From Candidatus Fervidifonticultor secundus (GTDB lineage Bacteria; Sysuimicrobiota; Sysuimicrobiia; Sysuimicrobiales; Humicultoraceae): a DNA stretch of 64,000 nt. This document shows positions 49,886 through 58,686 of this stretch, one piece after another. The stretch covers positions 1 through 64,000 of the forward strand of contig JAVKIP010000008.1 in assembly GCA_031459385.1 (NCBI GenBank). The letters are read 5' to 3'. Made by a program: the position numbers and the translations under genes. Each line of letters opens with the position of its first letter. Position 1 is the stretch's first letter. A model generated the notes under the pieces. The model had not been told where the DNA came from and searched no databases. It saw only the letters and a program-made list of their open reading frames with translations.

Positions 49886-51705
49886 GGCCCCGCACCGTCG
49901 CCCGCGCGGGCCGGGGTGATCGCCCCGGCCGGGCACAGCTGGGAGCACACCGTGCACCCCATGCACAGGCTGGCGTCGATGCCCACTTTGGGGCGCCCCT
50001 CGTACCACTGCGGGATCCAGGCGATCGCCGGGCAGCCCAGCGCCATGCACGCCTGGCAGGCGGTGCAGGCGTCGGGGACCACGGCCAGGGGGCGAGTGCG
50101 GATCTTCACCGGCGACTCCACGCACGGACGGTTGGTGATGACCACCGAGACCCCGGGGTAGGACAGGGCGGCCTCCAGTGCCCGATAGGTCGCCCCGACG
50201 TCGTAGGGGTCGACCACCTCTACCCAGTCGACGCCCAGTGCGCGGCAAAGCGCGGCCAGGTCGACGCGGGGCGCGGGCGCGCCGCGGATCGTCTGGCCTG
50301 TGGCCGGATGCGGCTGGCCGCCGGTCATGGCCGTGGTGCCGTTGTCGAGGATGAGCACGGTGATCGGCGTCTGGTTGTAGACGGCGTCCAGCAGGGCCGG
50401 CAGGCCTGCGTGGAGGAACGTCGAGTCGCCGATGGCGGCCACCACGCGGCCGTCGACACCGCCCGAGCGTGCCAGGCCCATGGCCACGCCGATGCTGGCT
50501 CCCATGGCCAGGCAGGTGTCCATGGCCGCCAGCGGCTGCAATGCTGCCAGCGTGTAGCACCCGATGTCGCCCGCCACCACCGCGCCCAGCCGGCGCAGCG
50601 CCAGGAAGGGCATGGCGTGGGGGCAGCCCGGGCACAGCACCGGCGGCCGGGGCGCATCCGGCGCCTGCAGCGGCGCGGGCCCGGGCCGCGACTGCAGGAC
50701 CCCGGCGCGGATGAACCCCTCGCGGACCACCTCGGGCGTCAGCTCGCCCGTGCGGGGGAAGAACGCCTTACCTTCCACTGTCAGACCCGCCGCCCGCAGT
50801 TCTTCCTCGACGAGCGGGTCCAGTTCCTCGACGACGATGAGGCGGTCGACCGCAGTGGCGAAGGCACGGATGCGCTGAAGCGGCAGCGGGTACGAGAAGC
50901 CCAGCTTCAGGACGCTGGCTTCCGGTAGGACCTCGCGGACGTAGTGGTACGCGCCGCCTGCGACCACCACGCCTACCCGGCGGTCGCGCATCTCCACGGC
51001 GGTGAGCGGTGATGCCTCCGACGCCTCGGCCAGGCGCCGCAGGCGCTCCAGCAACACGGGGTGGCGGGAGCGGGCGTGGGCCGGCAGCATGACCCAGCGG
51101 CCGGGATCCCTGTGGAAGCCCAGGGGTGGCCGCGCGCGGCGCTCGCCCACCTCCACCAGACCACACCCGTGGCTGATGCGGGTCGTCGTGCGAAGCAGCA
51201 CCGGCACCTCGAACGCCTCGCTGAGGTCGAAGGCGGCCAGCGTGAACGTCCGTGCCTCGGCGGGGTCGGCCGGCTCCAGCAGCGGCAGGCCGGCGAAGCG
51301 GGCGTAGTGGCGGTTGTCCTGTTCGTTCTGGGAACTGTGCATGCCGGGGTCGTCGGCCGAGACGATGACGCACCCGGCCGGCGTGCCGGTGTAGCCCAGC
51401 ACCATCAGCGTATCGGCCGCCACGTTGAGGCCCACGTGCTTGGTGGTCACCAGGGCCCGGGCGCCGCCCAGAGCCGCGCCCACCGCGACGTCCAGCGCCA
51501 CCTTCTCGTTGGTCGACCACTCGACGTAGACGTCGTCGTAGACAGCCAGCGCCTCCAGGATCTCGGTGCTGGGCGTGCCGGGATAGCCTGCGGCGACCTG
51601 GACGCCCGCCTCCCAGGCGCCGCGGGCCAGGGCATGGTTGCCCAGCAGCAGCGCCCGGCGGACGGTGGTGCCGGGGGGTGTGGTGCGAGGAGGCGCGCCG
51701 ACCAC
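49882..51705 (-). CDS. iorA: Indolepyruvate (arylpyruvate):ferredoxin oxidoreductase alpha subunit
   Basis: YPGTPSTE, NEKVA, KHVGLNVAAD, SSQNEQD, CPGCPH, GDIGC, IGDSTF, C-terminal ferredoxin. Confidence 0.92.
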   Translation of the reverse strand: MVGAPPRTTPPGTTVRRALLLGNHALARGAWEAGVQVAAGYPGTPSTEILEALAVYDDVYVEWSTNEKVALDVAVGAALGGARALVTTKHVGLNVAADTLMVLGYTGTPAGCVIVSADDPGMHSSQNEQDNRHYARFAGLPLLEPADPAEARTFTLAAFDLSEAFEVPVLLRTTTRISHGCGLVEVGERRARPPLGFHRDPGRWVMLPAHARSRHPVLLERLRRLAEASEASPLTAVEMRDRRVGVVVAGGAYHYVREVLPEASVLKLGFSYPLPLQRIRAFATAVDRLIVVEELDPLVEEELRAAGLTVEGKAFFPRTGELTPEVVREGFIRAGVLQSRPGPAPLQAPDAPRPPVLCPGCPHAMPFLALRRLGAVVAGDIGCYTLAALQPLAAMDTCLAMGASIGVAMGLARSGGVDGRVVAAIGDSTFLHAGLPALLDAVYNQTPITVLILDNGTTAMTGGQPHPATGQTIRGAPAPRVDLAALCRALGVDWVEVVDPYDVGATYRALEAALSYPGVSVVITNRPCVESPVKIRTRPLAVVPDACTACQACMALGCPAIAWIPQWYEGRPKVGIDASLCMGCTVCSQLCPAGAITPARAGDGAGP

Positions 51706-51715
51706 GCGGGCCTCC

Positions 51716-52942
51716 CTACGAGGCCTGCGCGACCAGGAGGCCCAAGATCTCCTCGTCGCGCAGGACGCGGTGGCTGGCCTTGGCCAGGTCGAGGATGCGG
51801 GCGACCAGGTGCGGGTCAGGCGCGATCCCGTGCCGCTCGCACCACCACAGCACGTTGGCCTGCCCGCTCATGGGGCCGATGGTGATCACCTGCTCCCGGC
51901 CCACCGCCTCGGCCGGCACGCCGCTGTAGACACGGTTGGCCAGCCAGTGGTCGCCCTTGTGCATCGCCTTGCGCACGGCGGCGGCGTGCACGCCGGTGCT
52001 GGTCTCGAACGCGTCCTTGCCCACCACCGGCGTGTTGGGCAGCACCGGCAGGCCCACGGCCTCGGCCACCACGCGGCAGTACTCGGGCAGCGCCCGCAGG
52101 TCCGCCTCCAGCCACCCCAGGAGCACCAGGTTGACCAGCAAGAGCTCCATACTGGTGTTGCCCACCCGCTCGCCGATGCCCAGGGCGCACCCGTGCAGGC
52201 GGTCGGCGCCCGCCCCCGCCGCCACCAGGCTGTTGATGACGTCCAGCCCCCGGTCGCGGTGGCCGTGCCAGTCCAGCAAGACGTCGTCCCCCAGCACCCG
52301 GCGCATGTACCGCACCAGGCGAGCCGTACCCCACGGCGTGGCGTGACCCACTGTGTCGGCCAGGCACACGCGGGCGGCGCCGGCGTCCACGGCGGCCCGG
52401 TAGATGCGCCGCAGGTGGGCGGGCCGGGCGCGAGTGGTGTCCTCGGTGACGAACATCACCTCCAGCCCGCACCGGCGCGCGAAGCGCACCGCCGCCTCGG
52501 TTGTGCGCAGCAGGAACTCCAGGTCCCAGTCCTCGACGTATTGACGGATGGGGCTCGAGCCCAGGAAGATGGCGGCGTCGATTCCCACCCCGGCGCGCTG
52601 CTGGGCCTCCGCAATGGGCGCGATGTCGGCTTCCGCGGTACGCCCCGCGCAGTTGGGCCGAATGCGCAGACGCGCGTCGCGGATCTCCCGTGCCAGGACC
52701 ACCACGTCGTTCAGGGCGTGGCGGCTGGCGGCCGGGTAACCGATGTTGGCGCCGTGGATGCCCAGGCGGTCCATCAGATGCAGGATCGCCACCTTGCGCT
52801 CCACCGGCGGGTGCACCACGGAGGGGCTCTGCAGTCCATCCCGCAGCGTCTCGTCGTTGACCTGCACCAGACGGCGCGGCGCGAGCCGCCGCGTGCCCGG
52901 CGCGTTCCAGTCGAAGATCAGGTCGCCTGTGCGGCCACCCAT
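51716..52942 (-). CDS. LeuA/homocitrate-synthase-like DRE-TIM acyltransferase with no regulatory domain
   Basis: DETLRDGLQ, ADTVG, HGHRDRG, GIGERVGN, GVHAAA; 408 aa. Confidence 0.88.
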   Translation of the reverse strand: MGGRTGDLIFDWNAPGTRRLAPRRLVQVNDETLRDGLQSPSVVHPPVERKVAILHLMDRLGIHGANIGYPAASRHALNDVVVLAREIRDARLRIRPNCAGRTAEADIAPIAEAQQRAGVGIDAAIFLGSSPIRQYVEDWDLEFLLRTTEAAVRFARRCGLEVMFVTEDTTRARPAHLRRIYRAAVDAGAARVCLADTVGHATPWGTARLVRYMRRVLGDDVLLDWHGHRDRGLDVINSLVAAGAGADRLHGCALGIGERVGNTSMELLLVNLVLLGWLEADLRALPEYCRVVAEAVGLPVLPNTPVVGKDAFETSTGVHAAAVRKAMHKGDHWLANRVYSGVPAEAVGREQVITIGPMSGQANVLWWCERHGIAPDPHLVARILDLAKASHRVLRDEEILGLLVAQAS

Positions 52943-52946
52943 GGGC

Positions 52947-54242
52947 TTACCTCCTCACCCGCCGGTCCACGACCCGCACGGCCTTCCCGTCGCTGCGTGG
53001 CAGCTGGCGCGGTGGCAACACGGTCACCGCGGCAGCGAGCCCCAGCGCGTCCCGCAGCGCCTGCCGCAGGCGCTCGGCCAGGGCGCGGTAGTGCGCGGGG
53101 GAGGTATCGGCCCGCGCCTCCACCTGCACCTCCAGCACGTCCAGCCCCCGCGCCCGGTCCACCACCAGCTGGTACTGCGGGGCCAGATCGGGCAGCGAAC
53201 CCAGCACCGTCTCGACCTCAGAGGGAAACACGTTGACGCCGCGGATGACCAGCATGTCGTCGATGCGGCCGGCCACCCGCGTCATGCGCACGTGGGTGCG
53301 GCCGCAGACGCACGGCTCGGGCACCAGCGCCGCGATGTCTCCGGTGCGGTAGCGCAGCAGCGGCGTTGCCTCCCGGGTGAGGGTGGTGAGGACCAGTTCC
53401 CCGCGCTGGCCGGGCGGCAGCGGGGTGCCGGTCGCCGGATCGATCACCTCGGGCAGGAAATGGTCCTCGTGGACGTGCAGGCCAGCGCGGGCCTCGCACT
53501 CAGCGGCCACGCCCGGCCCGATCACCTCGCTCAGCCCGTAGAAGTCCGCCGCGCGCAGCCCCAGGCGCCGCTCGATCTCTGCGCGTGTTTCCTCGCACCA
53601 CGGCTCGGCCCCGAATAGCCCGCACCGGAGGCGCAGCGGGCCTCCGGTGGATTCTTCCACGACCTCGGCCAGGTGCAGCGCATAGGAGGGGGTGCACGCC
53701 AGCGCCGTGGCGCCGAACTCGCGCAGCAGCCTGACCTGACGGGCGGTGTTCCCCGTGGAGGTGGGCAGCACGCGGGCGCCCAGCCGCAGCGCGCCGTAGT
53801 GGAAGCCGAGCCCGCCGGTGAACAGGCCGTAGCCGTAGGCGTTCTGGATCAGGTCGCCCGGCCGCACCCCGGCGGCGGTCAGTGACCGCGCCATCACCTC
53901 GGCCCACACGTCGAGGTCGGCGCGCGTGTAGCCGGTTGCAGTCGGGTAGCCCGTGGTGCCCGACGAGCAGTGGAGCTCCACTACCTCCTCCGGCGGGCAG
54001 GCGAAGTGGCCGAACGGGTAGAGGCGACGCAGGTCGGCCTTGGTCGTGAACGGCAGTCGCGGCAGGTCGGCGATGCCGCGGACCTCCTCGGGCGTGAGGC
54101 CAGCGGCGGCCAGTCGCTCGCGGTAGAACGGCACACGCGCCCACACCCGGGCGACGACCTGGCGCAGGCGCTGGTCCTGCAGCCGGACCAGCTCTCCGCG
54201 CGGCGCTGCTTCGGCTGCCGGGTCCCACAGCACGCTGCTCAC
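52947..54242 (-). CDS. paaK: Phenylacetate-CoA ligase family protein
   Basis: LPFTTKADLR, SSGTTG, YGYGLFTGGLG, GAEPW, YGLSE, RYRTGD, GRIDDML. Confidence 0.9.
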   Translation of the reverse strand: MSSVLWDPAAEAAPRGELVRLQDQRLRQVVARVWARVPFYRERLAAAGLTPEEVRGIADLPRLPFTTKADLRRLYPFGHFACPPEEVVELHCSSGTTGYPTATGYTRADLDVWAEVMARSLTAAGVRPGDLIQNAYGYGLFTGGLGFHYGALRLGARVLPTSTGNTARQVRLLREFGATALACTPSYALHLAEVVEESTGGPLRLRCGLFGAEPWCEETRAEIERRLGLRAADFYGLSEVIGPGVAAECEARAGLHVHEDHFLPEVIDPATGTPLPPGQRGELVLTTLTREATPLLRYRTGDIAALVPEPCVCGRTHVRMTRVAGRIDDMLVIRGVNVFPSEVETVLGSLPDLAPQYQLVVDRARGLDVLEVQVEARADTSPAHYRALAERLRQALRDALGLAAAVTVLPPRQLPRSDGKAVRVVDRRVRR

Positions 54243-54802
54243 GCGCTCACCCACCCCGTCCCGGCCCCTCCGGCGCGGCGGCGCAGCAGGGGTACGATGC
54301 CGCCGGCCTCGAGGATGGCCAGCATCTGCGGGGGCAGCGGCGACCCGGTCAGCACCTCGCCGGTCCGGAGGTTGTGCACGGTCCCCGCTGCCAGGTCGAC
54401 CTGAACCGGGTCGCCGTCGGTCACGGCGGCCGTTGCGCCTGGACAGGTCAGCACCGGCAGGCCGATGGCCACGGCGTTGCGCAGGAAGATACGGGCGAAC
54501 GACGCCGCCACCACGCACCCCACGCCCAGGGCCTGCAGCCCTTCGGGCGCGTGCTCGCGGCTGCTGCCGCACCCGAAGTTCTTCCCGGCGACCACCACGT
54601 CTCCGGGCCGTACCTCGGCGGCGAAGCGCGGGTTCACCGCCTCCAGCACGTGCCGCCGGCGCTCCTCCAGCGGCTCCACCGCGTAGGCGCCGGGCGCCAG
54701 CAAGTCGGTGCTGACGTCGTCGCCGAAACACCACGCGCGGCCGCGGATGGGGACCCGGAACGCGGGCGGGGTGCGCGGGGAGGGGGCATCACGAGCCGCC
54801 AT
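54239..54802 (-). CDS. LeuD/HacB/DmdB-like dehydratase small subunit
   Basis: FGDDVSTD, AGKNFGCGSSREHA, SFARIFLRNA. Confidence 0.9.
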   Translation of the reverse strand: MAARDAPSPRTPPAFRVPIRGRAWCFGDDVSTDLLAPGAYAVEPLEERRRHVLEAVNPRFAAEVRPGDVVVAGKNFGCGSSREHAPEGLQALGVGCVVAASFARIFLRNAVAIGLPVLTCPGATAAVTDGDPVQVDLAAGTVHNLRTGEVLTGSPLPPQMLAILEAGGIVPLLRRRAGGAGTGWVSA

Positions 54803-54803
54803 C

Positions 54804-56078
54804 TCATTCCGCCGCCGCCGGCTGCAGCACACGCCGCGGGTCGGTGATGCGGCCGTACAGGGCGCTGGCCGCCACCGTGGCCGGCGAGGCCAGGTAGATC
54901 TCGGCCTGGGGACTTCCCATGCGGCCGGCGAAGTTCCGGTTGTGCGCGCCGATGCACCGTTCGCCCGGCGCGAGCAGGCCCAGGTGGCCGCCAAAACACG
55001 GCCCGCACCCGGAGGGCAGCAGGACCGCGCCCGCGTCGACCAGCACCTCCAGCACCCCCTCGGCCGCCGCCTGGCGCTCGACCTGGCGCGAGGCCGGGCC
55101 GATGAGCAGGCGCGTGTGGGGGTGGACACGGTGCCCGGCCAGGATGCGGGCGGCCACCCGCAGGTCCTCGATACGGCCGTTGGTGCACGAGCCGATGAAC
55201 GCCTGGTCGATGGGGACGTCTTCCACCTCATGCACCGGCCGGATGCGGTCGACCGCATGGGGCAGCGCGACCTGGGGGGCCAGGTCGTCGAGCTCCAGAG
55301 TGAGGCTGCGGATGTAGCGTGCGTCAGGGTCGGGACCGAATGGCGCCGCGTCGACCCCGCACCGCCGCAGGTGCGCGGTCGTCGTGGGGTCGGCGGCAAA
55401 CAGCCCGAACTTGGCGCCCAGCTCCACGGCCATGTTGGCCATGGTGAGGCGCCCGGCCATGTCGACGTCGTCGGCTGCCGGCCCGCCAAACTCCAGCGCC
55501 TGGTACTGCGCGCCGTCGGCGCCCAGCTGCCCGGCCAGGGCCAGGATGGCGTCTTTCCACATCACCGCCGGCCGCAGCCGCCCGACCATCTCCACGCGGA
55601 TGCTGTGCGGTACCTGCAGCCACAGTTCGCCCGTGGCCAGGACGTACGCCATCTCGGTAGTGCCGATGCCGGTGCCTCCGACCCCCAGGGCCCCGGCCGT
55701 CGTCGTGTGGGAGTCGGTGCCCAACAGCAGCCCGCCCGGCGGCGCCAGCCCGCGCTCTGCCACCAGCTGGTGACAGATGCCGGAGCCCGCGTCGAAAAAA
55801 TGCGCGATGCCGAAGTCGCGGACATGGGCGCGGATCCGCCGGTGCACCTCGGCAGCGGCTACCGACGGCGCCGGGACCAGGTGGTCGATGACGACCGCCA
55901 CCTTCGTGCGATCCCATACGGCGAGCACGCCGGCATCGCGCAGCAGGTCGAAGACGGGAGCGGCGAAGATGTCGTGGAGGAGGGCAAGGTCGGGTCGGCC
56001 TACGACGAACTCGCCCGGGGACACGGCGGCGCGCCCCGATGCCCTGGCGAGGATCTTCTCGGCCATCGTCATGCCCAC
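54804..56078 (-). CDS. LeuC/HacA/DmdA-like [4Fe-4S] dehydratase large subunit
   Basis: DHLVP, GICHQ, DSHT, GSCTNGR, CGPCFG, HNRNFAGRMG, YLASP. Confidence 0.92.
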   Translation of the reverse strand: MGMTMAEKILARASGRAAVSPGEFVVGRPDLALLHDIFAAPVFDLLRDAGVLAVWDRTKVAVVIDHLVPAPSVAAAEVHRRIRAHVRDFGIAHFFDAGSGICHQLVAERGLAPPGGLLLGTDSHTTTAGALGVGGTGIGTTEMAYVLATGELWLQVPHSIRVEMVGRLRPAVMWKDAILALAGQLGADGAQYQALEFGGPAADDVDMAGRLTMANMAVELGAKFGLFAADPTTTAHLRRCGVDAAPFGPDPDARYIRSLTLELDDLAPQVALPHAVDRIRPVHEVEDVPIDQAFIGSCTNGRIEDLRVAARILAGHRVHPHTRLLIGPASRQVERQAAAEGVLEVLVDAGAVLLPSGCGPCFGGHLGLLAPGERCIGAHNRNFAGRMGSPQAEIYLASPATVAASALYGRITDPRRVLQPAAAE

Positions 56079-56103
56079 GGGGCGCCTCCAGGGTCGGACC
56101 CGT

Positions 56104-56121
56104 CCGACCGGTCGGTCAGTT
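56104..56121. promoter_or_regulatory. Palindromic TetR-type operator candidate upstream of the leuC-like operon
   Basis: CCGACCGGTCGG palindrome followed by tcagtt; shares the GACCGGTC core with 36547-36560. Confidence 0.55.
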
Positions 56122-56195
56122 TCACCTTGGGGGAGTATTCCGGAGGGCACAATCGGCCAGATGCAGGATCGTTCTCCTGCAACTGTTGAGGAGAT

Positions 56196-56873
56196 CTAGC
56201 GACCGCGCCCGTCGCCCGGAGCGATGAGGCCCCACCGCGCCGCCACCGCCACGGCCTCAGCCCGGGTATGCGCGCCCAGCTTGCGCAGGAGGTTCTGCAC
56301 GTGAGTGCGGACGGTGACGGGCGAGACGAACAGCGCGCGGGCCACGGCCCGGGTGTCCAGGCCCTGCGCCAGCATCTCCAGCACTTCCAGCTCGCGACGG
56401 GTCAGAGCGCGCAGGGGCGACGACTCGCGATCGAGCCCGGCGCGGGCGGCCAGCGCGTCCAGCACGTCCTCGGCGCGGCGCCGGGTCGTGATGTCACGGA
56501 ACAGGTGGACCGTCACCCGCTGCCCGTCGAGCGGCGCGGTGATTACCAGGGTGCTCACGTTGACCCACACGTCGCGGCCGTCGCCGCTGCGGTAGCAGAC
56601 GTCGCGCGCGGGGATCGGTTCTCCCCGCTCCGCCATGACCATCTCCGGGCAGTGGGCGCAGCACACCAGGTGCCCGGAACGGTCGCGCCCCGCCAGCACC
56701 TCGAAGCAGGCGCGGCCGACGACCTGCTCGCGGCGCCATCCCAGCAGGCGCTCCGCGCCGGTATTCCACAGGAGGATACGCTGACGCGCGTCCAGGGCCA
56801 CCGCCGCGTCCCCCGCGCGCTCCAGCGCGTCGAACAGCCATCCGAGCGCCCCGCGGGACGGTGCGGTACTCAC
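56196..56873 (-). CDS. PAS + LuxR HTH transcriptional regulator
   Basis: WNTGAERLLGW PAS with C...CCAHC; LTRRELEVL...SPVTVRTHVQNLLRKLG. Confidence 0.9.
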   Translation of the reverse strand: MSTAPSRGALGWLFDALERAGDAAVALDARQRILLWNTGAERLLGWRREQVVGRACFEVLAGRDRSGHLVCCAHCPEMVMAERGEPIPARDVCYRSGDGRDVWVNVSTLVITAPLDGQRVTVHLFRDITTRRRAEDVLDALAARAGLDRESSPLRALTRRELEVLEMLAQGLDTRAVARALFVSPVTVRTHVQNLLRKLGAHTRAEAVAVAARWGLIAPGDGRGR

Positions 56874-57664
56874 GTCCGTCCTCCGCGCGCCCGCCGCCAC
56901 GCGTGCGGCCCTGTCCGCCCCGCGGCACCGGTCGGCGACCCGGCGGCACGCACCGGGGCCCGCGGCCGGTGGACAGCGAGGAAGTGCGCGGGGCCACCGG
57001 CCTCGTCCGCCAGCCGCACGTACGTGGTGTCGGCCACGTACTCGGCGTGCGAGCCGTCCCGGGCCAGGTAGGTGCACCGCACTGTCGTCCCGCGGGCCAG
57101 AGCCGCCGGGCAGCGCACAGCCAGGCTCGCCAGGGTACGGGTGTGACAGCCCACCACGTCGGCGCAGCACCCGATCTCCTGGTCGTCACTGACGCCCCAC
57201 AGCCGACGTGCGGCGGCATTCAGCAGCACCACCCGCCGGTCGGCGTCTGTGACGAAGGCAGGGAACGGCAACGCCTCGAACGCGACCGCACCGACCCACA
57301 CCCGGTGCGCGGCCGGCAACGGCGACCTCTCGCGCAGGCGGTACCCGATCCCCCATACCGCCTCGATGAAGACCGGTGACCGCGACAGGTCGCCGAGCTT
57401 GCGGCGCAGGCGCATGACCAGGTTGTCCAGGGCCCGGGAACCCGGCCCCGCCCGCATTCCCAGGCGCGCGGCCAGCTCCTCCCGAGCCCAGGTCCGGCCG
57501 GGCGCCTCGGCCAGCACGCACGCCAGGTCCAGCTCCAGGGGCGTCAGGCGCACGGGCCGCCCGGCGACCACCACCTGACGGCGCGCCGGATCCACCTCCA
57601 GATCGTGGCAGGCGGCCAGCAGACCCAGGCGCGCCGACGGGCGAGGCGACAGCGGGACCGCCAC
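56870..57664 (-). CDS. OmpR-type winged-helix domain + C-terminal PAS, no receiver domain
   Basis: LTPLELDL, SRALDNLVMRLRRKL, IEAVWGIGYR; then FEALPFPAFVTD..LLNAAARRLWG. Confidence 0.82.
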   Translation of the reverse strand: MAVPLSPRPSARLGLLAACHDLEVDPARRQVVVAGRPVRLTPLELDLACVLAEAPGRTWAREELAARLGMRAGPGSRALDNLVMRLRRKLGDLSRSPVFIEAVWGIGYRLRERSPLPAAHRVWVGAVAFEALPFPAFVTDADRRVVLLNAAARRLWGVSDDQEIGCCADVVGCHTRTLASLAVRCPAALARGTTVRCTYLARDGSHAEYVADTTYVRLADEAGGPAHFLAVHRPRAPVRAAGSPTGAAGRTGPHAWRRARGGRT

Positions 57665-57675
57665 GGTGGTGCCCC

Positions 57676-58443
57676 CTACCGGTGTTGCCAGGCAGGGGCC
57701 CGACGCTCGAGGAACGCGGCCAGCCCCTCGTGCGCGTCAGCGGTGGCCATGAGGTCGGCCAGGTAGATCCGTTCGGCCTGCGTCAGGGCGTCGTCAAACC
57801 ACCGGCGGAAGCCGGCCAGCGCCGCCCGCTTGGTCAGCCGCAACACCGCGGCGCTGGTCCCCGCCAGCTGCTGGGCGACGCGTTCTACCGCCGCGTCCAG
57901 TTCAGCGGGTGGGACCACCGTCGTGACCAGTCCCAGCTCACGTGCGCGAGCGGCCGGCAGCGGTTCGCCCAGCAGCAGCGGCGCGAGCCCCGCTTTGCCC
58001 AGCAGGAAGGGGAAGGCGGCGGCTGCCGCCGGCGGGAACACGCCGACGCGGATCTCGGGCTGCCCGAACGTGGCCCCCTCAGCCGCCACGACGATGTCGC
58101 ACAGCGCCACCAGTTCGCACCCGCCTCCCAGCGCCGGCCCGCCCACTGCGGCCACGGTCGGCACGTCGGTCGACACCAGCGTGCGGCACAGGCTGTGGAA
58201 GGCGGCGAGCATCTGGCCGGCCGTCTCGCCGGTATGTTCGCCAACGTCCACGCCGGCGGAAAACGCGCGGCCCCGGGCGGACAGCACGATCGCCCGCGTG
58301 GTTGGCGCGGCTTCGGCGCGGCGGATGGCGTCCTCCAGCTCGCCCATCACGGCCATGGTCAGGATGTTCAGTGGCGGACGGTCGAGGACGATCCGCGCGA
58401 TGCCATGGTCGATCGCCAGCCGCACGAACGCTGCCTCGGGCAC
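57676..58443 (-). CDS. Crotonase, Dch-like (cyclohexa-1,5-diene-1-carbonyl-CoA hydratase-like)
   Basis: PPLNIL, FSAGVDVGEH, GQPEIRVGVFPP, YL.DLM.T.DA.EGL resemble recalled Dch. Confidence 0.75.
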   Translation of the reverse strand: MPEAAFVRLAIDHGIARIVLDRPPLNILTMAVMGELEDAIRRAEAAPTTRAIVLSARGRAFSAGVDVGEHTGETAGQMLAAFHSLCRTLVSTDVPTVAAVGGPALGGGCELVALCDIVVAAEGATFGQPEIRVGVFPPAAAAAFPFLLGKAGLAPLLLGEPLPAARARELGLVTTVVPPAELDAAVERVAQQLAGTSAAVLRLTKRAALAGFRRWFDDALTQAERIYLADLMATADAHEGLAAFLERRAPAWQHR

Positions 58444-58516
58444 GACCAGCCCCCCGGGCCGATTGCACAGCCCACCCCCCGCCGACCGCACGCCCTCGCG
58501 GCCGATGGGGGTCAAG

Positions 58517-58530
58517 TGCGACAACTGTAA
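58517..58530. promoter_or_regulatory. Conserved 14-bp upstream motif, copy 1
   Basis: tgcgacaactgtaa; 13/14 identical to 63271-63284. Confidence 0.55.
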
Positions 58531-58686
58531 GACACCGGCTGCCGCCCGGCTATCGGGCGCTGGCCCGATTTTGCGCCGCTGCCACACCACCGCGCCCGGG
58601 CCGCTGCTACCGGCTCGGGGCAGGAGGCGCCGGGCAGAGGCGGCGGGGCAGGACGGGGCTGGAGGCGCGTGGCCGTGGACTGCCGG

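Noticed and set aside
51716..56078. Leucine or lysine biosynthesis operon
   Set aside because: No leuB-type dehydrogenase, no regulatory domain, and the genes are interleaved with paaK and ior; not fully excluded without assays
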